Below are positions 51,590-62,583 of a DNA stretch of 64,000 bases, piece by piece. Origin of the DNA: Ylistrum balloti (Eukaryota); contig NW_026782479.1 of the NCBI RefSeq assembly GCF_031769215.1, positions 434,001 to 498,000 on the forward strand. Direction: 5' to 3'. Under the pieces are notes generated by a model. It was not told where the DNA came from and made no database searches. It saw only the letters and a program-made list of their open reading frames with translations. The translations under genes were made by a program, and so were the position numbers. Each line of letters begins with the position of its first letter. Position 1 is the first letter of the stretch.

Positions 51590-52415
51590 ACACAGGATCC
51601 AATAAACTGTCTTGTCCATCCCAAACGCCATACACAATTTACACAGGACCCAATAAGCTGTGTTGTCCATCCCAAACGCCATACACAATTTACACAGGAC
51701 CCAATAAACTGTCTTGTCCATCCCAAACGCCATACACAATTTACACAGGACCCAATAAACTGTCTTGTCCATCCCAAACGCCATACACAATTTACACAGG
51801 ATCCAATAAACTGTCTTGTCCATCTGAAACGCCATACACAATTTACACAGGACCTAATAAGCTGTGTTGTCCATCCCAATAAACTGTCTTGTCCATCTGA
51901 AACGCCATACACAATTTACACAGGACCCAATAAGCTGTCTTGTCCATCCCAAACGCCATACACAATTTACACAGGACCCAATAAACTGTCTTGTCCATCC
52001 CAAACGCCATACACAATTTACACAGGACCCAATAAACTGTCTTGTCCATCTGAAACGCCATACACAATTTACACAGGACCCAATAAACTGTCTTGTCCAT
52101 CTGAAACGCCATACACAATTTACACAGGACCCAATAAGCTGTCAAGTCCATCTCTTAAAAGCTGTACACAATTTACACAGGACCCAATAAGCTGTGTTGT
52201 CCATCTGAAACGCCATACACAATTTACACAGGACCCAATAAGCTGTCAAGTCCATCTCTTAAAAGCTGTACACAATTTACACAGGACCCAATAAACTGTC
52301 TTTTCCATCCCAAACGCCATACACAATTTACACAGGACCCAATAAACTGTCTTGTCCATCCCAAACGCCATACACAATTTACACAGGACCCAATAAACTG
52401 TCTTGTCCATCCCAA
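51590..52415. repeat. 51-bp minisatellite, 16 units plus a partial internal unit, three variant types
   Basis: Unit acacaggacccaataaactgtcttgtccatcccaaacgccatacacaattt; variants ...ctgaaacgcc and ...gctgtcaagtccatctcttaaaagctg. Confidence 0.97.
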
Positions 52416-52949
52416 AATCCATACTATATATATAAGACCCCAGCAGTAAATAAGCTTATTTATAGTCCACATTGAATATGATTTATTGCTTCGTTGCTTG
52501 CATTGTGCCGCAGCTTACTAAATGATAATCAAACTTCGTTATTGTTGAATATTTATTGGATTTAGTAGAATCCTGGTAAATGTGATTTGTATAATTGAAA
52601 ATTGACTTTGCTTTATTTTTTATTAAAACATAAATCTGCATGCATGTACTAAATCTCCAGCAAACTTGTTTGTCAGCCCTGACTGTAGCTCAACACTGCA
52701 GCGTTTATGATATATGATATATATATTATCATTTTTGTATGTGCTTAGATAGTTGTTAAATTAATGAAGGAGATGATGAGATCTGGCTTGAGATCTTTTT
52801 AAGTGTGTGTGTTTGGCTTTGTGCTGTTCATGCTGCCAATATACTTAGTTCGCATTTTGTGTTTGTTATATTTAAAGCCTAATTTTCCAATGCATTTTTG
52901 TACCACATCATTCAAAACACCCATTGATTGATTGCCTGTGCCATTACAG

Positions 52950-53072
52950 AGATCCGCACAGAAGCAGTGATGCAAGCCCTTGCCATGTCCAAGCGCGGCC
53001 CTGTGATGCCCCTCCCTTCCAAACGCACGTCTGTCAATTACCAGGGACAACAACGACACCGAGAGAGGCAGG
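52950..53072 (+). CDS. DIP2: DIP2 exon 4
   Basis: (E)IRTEAVMQALAMSKRGPVMPLPSKRTSVNYQGQQRHRERQ; matches the conserved EAVQAALA...PSKR region; 123 nt, phase 1 to 1. Confidence 0.93.
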
Positions 53073-53149
53073 GTACGAAAGAGCCTGTGTTTCATATTCT
53101 AACATAAATATCTAGACTTATATATACCATATAGTAGACCATTATGCAG

Positions 53150-54560
53150 TGTTCAGATGGATTTTGGGTTCTTTTCCTGTTGGGTTGGGAAAATATATTT
53201 GTTATTTATGAGTTTCAATTGATCACTCATATTTTCATATGTCTGTGGTAAAATGATTTAAAATTGTTGTTTATCATAGGCAAAATTATGTTTTTGATTC
53301 CAATTTGGACTTTAAGATTTATGACCAGAATAGTTTTTTACTTAATCTGCTAGGATACCAGGAAGTAAAGTGTAGAAAATGTTATATATATTTATTTCCA
53401 TTTGCTTGTCATAAGTGTTCTCTTTGGTATAAATGAATTCATTTGTACCCATATTAGTATTGATCATATGAAAAATAGCTCTGTCCTTAATCACAGACTG
53501 GTTTCTCTTACTCTCTATATCTTATCATTCTCCTGATCTGTTTTTCTTTGTCACTAACTCCTTTTACTCTAAATCTATAGATCTAATTTCTTACCAATTT
53601 CTATTTATGCACAAGATTCTGGTTTCAAAGTTTAACCAAACTTAATTTTTAAAAATTTTCTATCAACATGAAATTTTCATCACATTTCAACATAGCACAT
53701 TAATCTCAGAGGCTATCCCTTCTGTGCCTCATTTTCAAAGGTTTTGATTGCTACTAATACCTAAGTGTTACAGTTTTGTAAGATGAAATCGATATAGGAT
53801 CTAATGCCACAAGACAATCATTATTCTCTCTAGTCAAGCTTGGATTTTCTGTCATGTGTTAAAACATGTAGGACAGTCAAAATATATAGGATGAAAGGGA
53901 ATTTAAACATCAATTTAGTTTAGAAATCTATCACAAGATTATCACATAATGATGTGAATACTTCACTGTCATATCTTTTTGTTTAAGCCACTGAAATTAA
54001 TGACAGGTTCAGAAAATTTATTTAGACGAACAAAATTTGTAAAGAACTTGCAACTAGGGTGTCACAAAAGCCTCCAGAAACACGTATTTGAAACCGACTT
54101 GTAGGATTTCTGGCATTACAGCTTTTTTTTCTCCTTGACTTCCTTGTTCCGTGTGCATACCTGTTCCTATAAATTTTACTTTTTCCAAAAAAAAAAACCT
54201 CTCCGACTTCCAAAAACTGGATTGCTTATACAAGTTCTTTAGCTTTTCATTGATATTGATCTGTAGGCTAAATGCTGAGTTTTCTAACGATAATGCATCA
54301 AGTGAAATCACTGTCACAGTGGTATTTGAAATTGTTCTTAAAATTATTAGCAGAATAGGCAGACACTATTTATCTTCATGATAGTTTTTAACAAGGGAAC
54401 ATAAGAATGACTTTAATAAGTCGAGTTTGTAAGAAAATATGACAGGCCTGAATCTCAAGACTGAAACTGAAGAGCTCTGAGAAGATGAGGATCTAGAATA
54501 ACACAGAAATGACGAAGTGTTCTTAAATTTTTATAAAACTAGACTTTTATACATTAAACA
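53150..54560 (-). mobile_element. Decayed L1/Tx1-like LINE ORF2 (APE endonuclease and following region)
   Basis: Decayed motifs in the expected order: FLCYSRSSSSQSSSVSVL (like FYSHGSSNSRGVSIL), YSHHYVIIL (like SDHSLVIL), KKQIRRMIRYRE*EKP...YF (like GAMIRSR...EKPTKYF). Judged by eye. Confidence 0.4.
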
Positions 54561-56392
54561 CTTGTTATATACCGACAGTTCATCAATTAGGTCACAATTA
54601 GGTCGCAACAACTATGTCGTCATGGTTTCCATGAAATAAATACATATTTCTAAGATTACATCCTTTCCTTCAAAAAGAAACTTCCAAGATGACGTGGGTG
54701 TTGTAGCTAAACGTTTGGTGTCGTTGATTTCAGGAAATCGCAGGAATAGGCTAATCAGCTGTAAGTCAGGAGCACATATCTTGTGTCAAACCTAAATCTC
54801 GCATTTTTTAGTGGTGAAGGGGCATACTTCCCTTTACTTTCTGTGGTGAATTTTATTTTCTCTTTTTCATCAATTTTAATTCAGTTTACAATCATCCAGA
54901 TTTCATTTTGTGGTTTTCTTTCTAGGAACTTTTTTATATTTTTTCAATCATCTAAAATTCATTTCTCTACCATATATAATCATTATAGAACATTATATTG
55001 TTTTGAAAACTTATATATTTTTTTTTTAGAAACTCTTCTGTTAAGATTGTTGTCTTAGAATAGAAAACATTTACTCTTTGTATGTAGAAAAAACATGTAC
55101 CAATACTGAATTCTGCATGGTATTTGAAAGGAAAAAAAATATACCATTATACACCATTTACTGGTACCAGTATTCAATCTGACAAACCCACAGATTTAAT
55201 CCTATTGATTCAAAATTGTATTATTTCAAGGCTATCAAAATTGTTTTGTATGTCAACATTGTTGTCAGAAAGCTGTTATTAGAAATTCTGCAGTTATGTA
55301 ATAAGATTGGTATGTAGGGAATGGTGTTGGAATGATCCTGGGGGGATGTTGTCTCTACCTACCCCACCCGCTGTAGTACAGTGTGAGTGTTGAGTCCCAA
55401 CTCCAGTTCTTCCCTCCTGGTTTGTGATTCTCTGAATTACTGACAATGTTTTAGTTTTAAACAGTGGTACTGTCTACTTTTGTTGTATGGAAATATATTT
55501 GTTAAAAGAAAGGAATTTTGAATTTTTTTTTTTTCATTTTAACAGTAGTACTACAAGATATGTGTGATTTATTGGGGAAGGGAGGGGGAATGCTGTATTA
55601 TTTTTCTGTTTAGAAGTTTCATTGGAAATTTGTGTGAATAACTCTCAAAATTTACCTGTCATTCAATCTCACTTGACATCAAGAATTAATAAAAAAATTA
55701 TTAGGAATCCATTCAGCATCATTACAGATAGTTTTCTAGTAAATATTTAAACAGACACTTACTTGTAAATTCTGTTGACAAATAACTTGATAACCTTTGA
55801 AATGAATGTGGAACAGTAATTATTGAATTTTTATGACAGGAAATGTCTGGTTTATGTTGTTGTTTTTAGGTAAAACTTAGTATGGTAGTAAGTTTTGAGT
55901 CACATTATGTGTGTTAATTACAGATTGCTTTATGTCATAAAGTTTTAATTCGTCTTTTTCGACATAAAATTTGCAGCCAGGGAACTGAACATCAATCGTA
56001 CAGCCAGCAAACATTGGTCTACAATATCACTTGTTTGCCTTTAACTTCAGTAATTTAATAACATTGCATTTTGAATATGTGTTTTGCTTAAAAATTGGTC
56101 TGTCCACTTTTGTAGAATACATCTGTTTGACAATTAAACTTAAATGTGCTCAATATCTTTGGAGAAATTGTATTTAGATTTTATCACATTCTAAAACATA
56201 GGATTTTATTTTTTTATTTTCTTCATTTTATTTTCTTGTAGATTTCATTTTTCAGTTGAGTTACATGTAAGTGATCTGATACAGGGGTTATGTTAATGTT
56301 TCATTGTCAAAGTCTGCTGTTAAGCTACAATACATGCACTGCAGTACTTTCTACTGTTGTATATAATGTGTTATATTCAATATGAATTTCAG

Positions 56393-56620
56393 ATTCTTCC
56401 TCGGATGATGACAGTATATTTGGGGAAGATGTGTCTCGGGATTTTAATCGTGGTGGCCGTTTCCGTGACAGTGGTGCAAGTTCATCATCATTTTCTGATG
56501 CCGGGGCCTCGCCTCATCACCAAGGTGGTCGGGGAGAGCGGCCACATAGTGCTGCATATGCTATACCCGGAAATACTTCACGCCAAGCATTGGCAGATGT
56601 TTTACAGAGTTCAAGACATT
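56393..56620 (+). CDS. DIP2: DIP2 exon 5
   Basis: (D)SSSDDDSIFGEDVSRDFNRGGRF...ALADVLQSSRH; 228 nt, phase 1 to 1, donor GTAAGT. Confidence 0.88.
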
Positions 56621-57307
56621 GTAAGTATTCCTGAGAAAGTTTTATTAGAAAGGCTTGGCAGTATCATCTGATGGTCTGAAACAGGAAAGCAGTTCAGGGT
56701 GTTTTTTCTGAAATTACTGCATCTTCTCATGAAATTTTGACTAGTAGACATTTAGTGGTTTAATGGACCTTTAGTCAATAGCTGTATGGGGAAACCACTG
56801 TCATAACATGTATTTCTAATCAAAGTCTGCAATATACTATCAGATAAGCTATATGTTAATCATGGTATGCTCATTGTTAGCTTAATTCTCAAACGTGCAT
56901 GAACATTTTCTTTTTTTTCTTTTAGTCATGATTAGATGTTATCTGAGTTAAATTTAACTTTTACTGAAAGTTGTTTGATATTGGCGTATAATAAATATAT
57001 TGTAGAAATTCTATTAATAAGATTTAAGTTACAAACCTTTCTAATTGTGACCTTAACATCCTAATTCAGAACATCAAACAAGACATAATATCCAGCAGAG
57101 ATTAAATGTAGAAAATAATTGCAGATTTTGAAAACATTAAGTTATTCATTTCTTTCAATTCCTTAACTGAAACTGTTCCTTTCATTTCACTCATGAAACC
57201 CTCCAAATTCTTCTCATTCACAATTCACTTGAAGATGTGATGACCTTTACCTTAATGACCTCTAGTACATTACTGATCATGGTTTTGTGTGTGTTTGTCC
57301 TTCCCAG

Positions 57308-57451
57308 CACAACCTATTCCCCAGCAGCCAGACGTGACTAACAATGCCAAGAGTATGCGCCAAGCAGATCGCGTCGGCCATTATGCTCCTGCTCACCTCT
57401 CATCTGTGCGCATGACATCAGCTGGTCATGTTTCAGGTCTCCAGGACGATG
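57308..57451 (+). CDS. DIP2: DIP2 exon 6
   Basis: (S)QPIPQQPDVTNNAKSMRQADRVGHYAPAHLSSVRMTSAGHVSGLQDD; conserved PDVT motif; 144 nt, phase 1 to 1. Confidence 0.88.
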
Positions 57452-58131
57452 GTAAATTATCCTGGTTGACAAGATACTGAATTTATATGAATTTCATTTA
57501 TTGATTGTCCAAAAAAGCATTACTGATCTTTTATAAACAATTACAGTTTTACAGCAGAAAAAATCTGAATCATTGAATGCTTCACCATAGATAGAACATA
57601 ATTTTTAACAAAATCACTAACTCATGTATTCTGTTTATACACACAGGTTTGTATATTAAGTATCCAGAAGTTAATTTAACATAACTGATTACATGAATGC
57701 CATCATCGCTAAAAATGATTTGTTTTAATGCGCTTAATTTAAGTATGATGCTTGTAGCTTTGCAGATCACAGGTATTTGTAGATTTGTAGAAAAGAAAAG
57801 CATTGGAAAAATACGTAAATTTATGAATGATGGAGATATTCTGGCCTGGTTTGCATTAAAATATTTTAGCAAGAGACACACAAGTGAATGTCACCATTCA
57901 ATACAAATATAGAATTAGTTACATTATAGCCAAATGGTGAAACTGCAGCAAACATTTCATCATAAAGCCAAGCAGGTTCACTGTTTCAGAAAGCTGATTG
58001 TATGTTGTAAGAAGAAGTCTTTATTAACATGTTAAATTCACATGTTGATCACACCTAAGATACTACTACAGTAGAAATAAGACTTCTGTGAAATTTGTGT
58101 GTACAGAAATAATTATGATCAAGAAATGAGA

Positions 58132-58347
58132 TACCATATAGCTGGTTATTTGCTTAGGTCAAAATATTTGCGATTTTCTTTTGAAACTTTATATTTCGAC
58201 GAATGAAATATTCGCAATCTTGTTGTAGAATGACCTCTATACACATGTGTCTCATTATTTCACAGATTATATTTTTGTGAACACATTAATGCACTGCGAA
58301 ATAGCAAAAATTTCACTCCCTCCAAAAAAATAAACGACTATACAATA
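58132..58347. mobile_element. Degenerate TA-terminated MITE
   Basis: Left end TACCATATAGCTGGTTATTT versus reverse complement of right end TATTGTATAGTCGTTTATTT; internal tttgcgatttt and gcgaaata subterminal motifs. Confidence 0.5.
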
Positions 58348-58440
58348 CCGCCTAAAAGTAAAACCAAGCAGAAAAAAAAACTTACTAGCAAAAAAAATGT
58401 TTGATATCACTCTTCATTTTATTCTTGGATTGTTCTGTAG

Positions 58441-58499
58441 GTCCACGCCACCAAGGAAAAGTTTCAGCTAAAATTCAACAGCTGCTGAACACGCTGAAA
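58441..58499 (+). CDS. DIP2: DIP2 exon 7
   Basis: (G)PRHQGKVSAKIQQLLNTLK; 59 nt, phase 1 to 0, donor GTAAGT. Confidence 0.95.
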
Positions 58500-58849
58500 G
58501 TAAGTTTTTCTTTACAGAACTACACTGATGTTATTTACTGTTGTGGTGCATTGTTTTGTGATCCCTACCACCAACAATACTGTGACCTTTTCCTGGAGCA
58601 ATAATTATTGAGGATTGTAGATATCACCAGAATAATAAAAACTGATTAAGCTGATTGGAATATATCATGATTCCTAGACATAATTTGATATTATTACAAT
58701 AGTTTTCCATTTACTTATATATCACAGTTGTTTGTTTATTAACGTATAAAAAGACAAAGTGTGAAAAACAGTGATAAATGATACAAATTGGGGGAAAATG
58801 TCGATGACTTTGACATTATTTTAGTAACTTTACATTTGTTTTTTTTCAG

Positions 58850-58907
58850 AGACCAAAGAGAAAACCCCTCAAAGATTATTTTGTGGAAGAAGACGATGCT
58901 TTAGAAG
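58850..58907 (+). CDS. DIP2: DIP2 exon 8
   Basis: RPKRKPLKDYFVEEDDALE; 58 nt, phase 0 to 1. Confidence 0.95.
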
Positions 58908-59372
58908 GTACTTACTATACAAGTCATTGCTTTATCAGGTTTCTGTCCATCAATTCAAATTATTATATTTATCCTTCAATAAGGCAGTGAAAAAATCTTT
59001 CTTTATTAAGGATTTGCCACCTCAATATTTGCCGTAAAAGCTTTCAGCAAAAACGTAGGCGCGAAATTAAGAGATGCTGGTAAAACAACTCTCTGTTAAA
59101 TGAAACTTTCAGTATATTTCATTCAAGATGAATTGACCTTGTATGTGAGTTAAGTTGTACAGAGCTTCTCCAATGTTTCAACAGCCATCAAACATGATGG
59201 TACGTTTTGTATTTGTCAATTTTAATGAAAAGGAACAACGTCTTCCCTCTAAAGGTGCCTGTGTTGTAAAATATCTTACTGACCTTTAGTGTTAATATCG
59301 GGAGATTGTATGTCAACTTCTAAGTAAGTGTATTAAAACATTTACCAGTAAGGACCTTTTTTTTTGTTACAG

Positions 59373-59446
59373 CCCCTCAACCTGACCCCAACGCCCCAAA
59401 ACCAGAGGGCAGTACCCTCACACCTGTACCTGGTGAACAGCTGGTG
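59373..59446 (+). CDS. DIP2: DIP2 exon 9
   Basis: (A)PQPDPNAPKPEGSTLTPVPGEQLV; 74 nt, phase 1 to 0, donor GTAAGT. Confidence 0.95.
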
Positions 59447-60028
59447 GTAAGTATACTAATATACAATCGACAAGTGTAGATAGATAAATTATTTATATCA
59501 AGTACAGGAAGTCTTACTTACAATCTTCAATGAGTCGACTAACACAATATATAGTTCTTACAAGTTTGATATCTGATTCTTGAATCAACATCTTCGAAAA
59601 AAATGATATGACATCCTAAAGGTGAAAGTCATTTGAAGGTTTTAATCTAATCTACATGACAAGGACACAATTACAAGATTCTGTTTCTTACTCATTTCCA
59701 TTAAAAGATCATTGGAAACACTCTAATTATATTCATACAACATTACAGGATGTTCATCTCCTTACTCTATTTCTGACACCTATATATGTAGGTACTTTAT
59801 ACTTATCCAGAAGGCCCAATCAGATGAGAGTGGTTGCAATGTTGATGCAGTCAAATTATTATCATGACATAATCCTGTCATCTTGTAATTTACTAAGCAT
59901 GACTTTTGAGATGATTAAAACTAAGGCGTTGCTGATTTGATCATTCAGAATTAATTTTCCTAAGTGACATTTTTATGAAAGCTGAAAGTGGTAGAAGTTT
60001 GAGACATTTTAATGTGATTTTCCTACAG

Positions 60029-60152
60029 GTACCATCTGGTCTTCCCCGTAACCTTGAAGCAGCACTACAGAGATATGGGTCCTCCACCTATAAAGCCAAT
60101 GCTGTCACGGTCCTGGACCAGAACGGAAAACCTTCTATCAATCTTACCTATG
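60029..60152 (+). CDS. DIP2: DIP2 exon 10
   Basis: VPSGLPRNLEAALQRYGSSTYKANAVTVLDQNGKPSINLTY; 124 nt, phase 0 to 1. Confidence 0.95.
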
Positions 60153-60738
60153 GTGGGTACCTACATTGGAGCATGAATTGGATTTTATTTTATTTAAGCA
60201 CATAGACATACAGCATACATCACATCCATATTGTTTTAGTAAAACGTACAATGTTATAAACCTCTATATGATATAAAGCCAAGGAAATACTTCAGAGGAG
60301 TTTATGTGTCAGGGTTCAAAGGTCGATGCTTAGATCACCATTACCAGAAATGAATATTTTCAGCAAGATGGCTGATATCAGCCTTTTTGACTCTGAGCTA
60401 ATAGATATTTTCATATATTGTTTCCACTAAAACAAAAAAGTATGGAAATAATTATGCCTTTGATCAATGCATAACTCTCTTTAGAAATTTGTTATGAACT
60501 TGCATGGGAGCAGAGGCCTACTTGTCTTGCAGACAATATCTAGCTTTTTCACCACACCTCATTTTTTTTTTCAAAAAAAAACAATGCTAACTACATTGGT
60601 ATATCTTGTACAGATATATCTGACTGTGATAGACTCATTGTTAATCTTTAGGGTAGGGTGGAAGTGGTGGGAGCTGAAAATCTACAGAAGAGTGAGATGC
60701 TTGCTATTTTGTTTTAACAAATGTATTTCTGTTCATAG

Positions 60739-60830
60739 GAAAGCTGCTGAGTCGTACTCATAAAATAGCCTACACCATGCTTCACAAGGTGGGACAGAAG
60801 GGTGAGGGAGGAATAAAACCAGGTGACCGG
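60739..60830 (+). CDS. DIP2: DIP2 exon 11
   Basis: (G)KLLSRTHKIAYTMLHKVGQKGEGGIKPGDR; 92 nt, phase 1 to 0. Confidence 0.95.
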
Positions 60831-61407
60831 GTAGGTGTTGTTTTATTAAAGATGGAAACTGACTTGTAGTTTATACTTTAGATCAATGTTACAAACTCTC
60901 AACATAATAACGTCTATATCATGACCTGCATAAATTGTGCAAAATACTTAGAATCACCTGATGGTTCTTTACATTTGATCAGTCTTTAGGAATTTCAAAA
61001 TCAATTTTTTGAATCTGATCGTCAAAATTATGTTAAAAAATAACCTAGAAATATAAACAGATACAATAGAATTGATTATAAGATCTTTTTCCATGCTGAC
61101 TGTTTATGAACCCCTGCACCATTGATTGTGAAGGCAATGTCCCGATCTTAGGTAACAAGAGGTTGGTGACACTGATGAATAAGTGTTCTATGTGAGGCTC
61201 ATCAGGCTATATTACAGCAAATAACCTAACTATGTGTTTACTTACTAGATGAGCAGGAGGAGATATTGTGATCAGGTGTTGTAGCTATCTTTAGGTATAC
61301 ATTGTACCTGTTGCACTTAAAAACAGTTAGTTTTGACTGTACAATTTTGAAGTTGATCATAAAAGCTGAATCATTTCTAAACTATAACCGTATATTTATC
61401 CTGATAG

Positions 61408-61518
61408 GTGGCGCTGGTGTATCCAAACAACGATCCAATCTCATTCAGCTGTGGGTTTTATGGCTGTCTGCTGGCAGGTGTTGTTCCTGTACCTGTGGAG
61501 GTTCCATCTTCTCGACGG
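61408..61518 (+). CDS. DIP2: DIP2 exon 12
   Basis: VALVYPNNDPISFSCGFYGCLLAGVVPVPVEVPSSRR; 111 nt, phase 0 to 0. Confidence 0.95.
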
Positions 61519-62563
61519 GTAGGTACAGGTTCATGGCAACCTACAGATATTTCTGTATAGGAAACTTTTTGACAAATTGCAGCACCCTATTTCCAGTTCA
61601 TGGAAATGGGCCTATGTATAGATTATCACTGTACAGAGAGATTTGGTGTCACTTTATTTCATGTATTTTAAAATATAGTCATTATGTAGACAGTCACTCA
61701 ACGAGAAAATAACACAAGGAAATTCCATCAGAGAACTCTGACCAGTAGAATCTCCAGTCTGCTCATACTACAGTGATACACTGGTTCTAAAATAGATGGT
61801 AACTTTTCAGAAACTCTGACAGCCTTGACCAAACATTCTGTTGTCACTTCTATAGTCTCTTCTTCTTACATGTCACAAATACACATTCCTCTCCTGTACA
61901 AGTATTGGGGAAACTTCCACATAGTCGATCTAATATTTTGGGAAAACCTTGCATTGTAAATTTTTTTCATATGACCATTTCAGGGAGGTACGAGACTTAA
62001 GTAAATCCAATAAAAAATCCTGATACTTCAGATACTTTCAGTATGTGTTTATCCTCTAAAATGATGTCATGATAGATATGTATGATACAATTGGTGATGG
62101 TGTGCCTACACTTTGGGAGACTTCTGTTGTAGATTTAGGGCTGACTAGTGGCAGGGCTAGTCCTATGTTTGTGTAGTAGATATCATGGGTTGTGGTTTCT
62201 GTGTATGTTTTGTGACTTTTTGATTTCCTTGCTATTATATATACCTCTCCTATATCTATTTTATTTGTATCTTTAGTGTTATCTTTTTATTTACATTGCT
62301 ACAAGCGAGTGTTGGCTGGTTTTACTGTACTCTCAGTACTAATTATATTGATGACACATGCTAGCCTATGTACATACTAATAATGTACACATCAAAAATT
62401 AGAAAAAAAAATACTGACAGAATCCGACCATCCATGATGATACAATATGCTGTTTAGCTGGAGTACTTTTCCAATATATCAATCTTCATTTCCTTGAAAA
62501 TTCATCGCAAAAATTTTATTTAATTTGGATAAGTTCCTTACCGAATTCTTTTATGATGTTTCC

Positions 62564-62583
62564 AAAAAAAAAAAAAAAAAAAA
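62564..62583. repeat. A20 homopolymer
   Basis: Read directly from the sequence. Confidence 0.85.

Larger units (their letters stand above)
13340..61518 (+). other. DIP2: DIP2 (disco-interacting protein 2 homolog) gene span, 5' part: 12 coding exons, 422 codons, continues beyond window
   Basis: N-terminal DMAP1-binding motif LPEEVRRKLAELNLELSEGDITQKGFDKKRSKLL; KVSAKIQQLLNTLKRPKR; PDPNAPKPEG; LEAALQRYG; PGDRVALVYPNNDP...GCLLAGVVPVPVEVP (start of first adenylate-forming-like domain). All junctions GT-AG and in phase. Confidence 0.95.

Noticed and set aside
42748-52415. CRISPR-like appearance of the tandem arrays
   Set aside because: Units abut directly with no unique spacers, there are no cas genes, and the context is a eukaryotic intron.
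51527-52472. Long repetitive ORFs on both strands (up to 242 aa; TQDPINCLVHPKRHTQF repeats)
   Set aside because: A 51-bp (17-codon) unit lacking stops keeps several frames open automatically. The array has an internal frameshift, no splice context and lies in DIP2 intron 3.
61302-61712. 136-aa ORF
   Set aside because: An alternative frame overlapping DIP2 exon 12 plus intron sequence; the conserved DIP2 frame explains the region.
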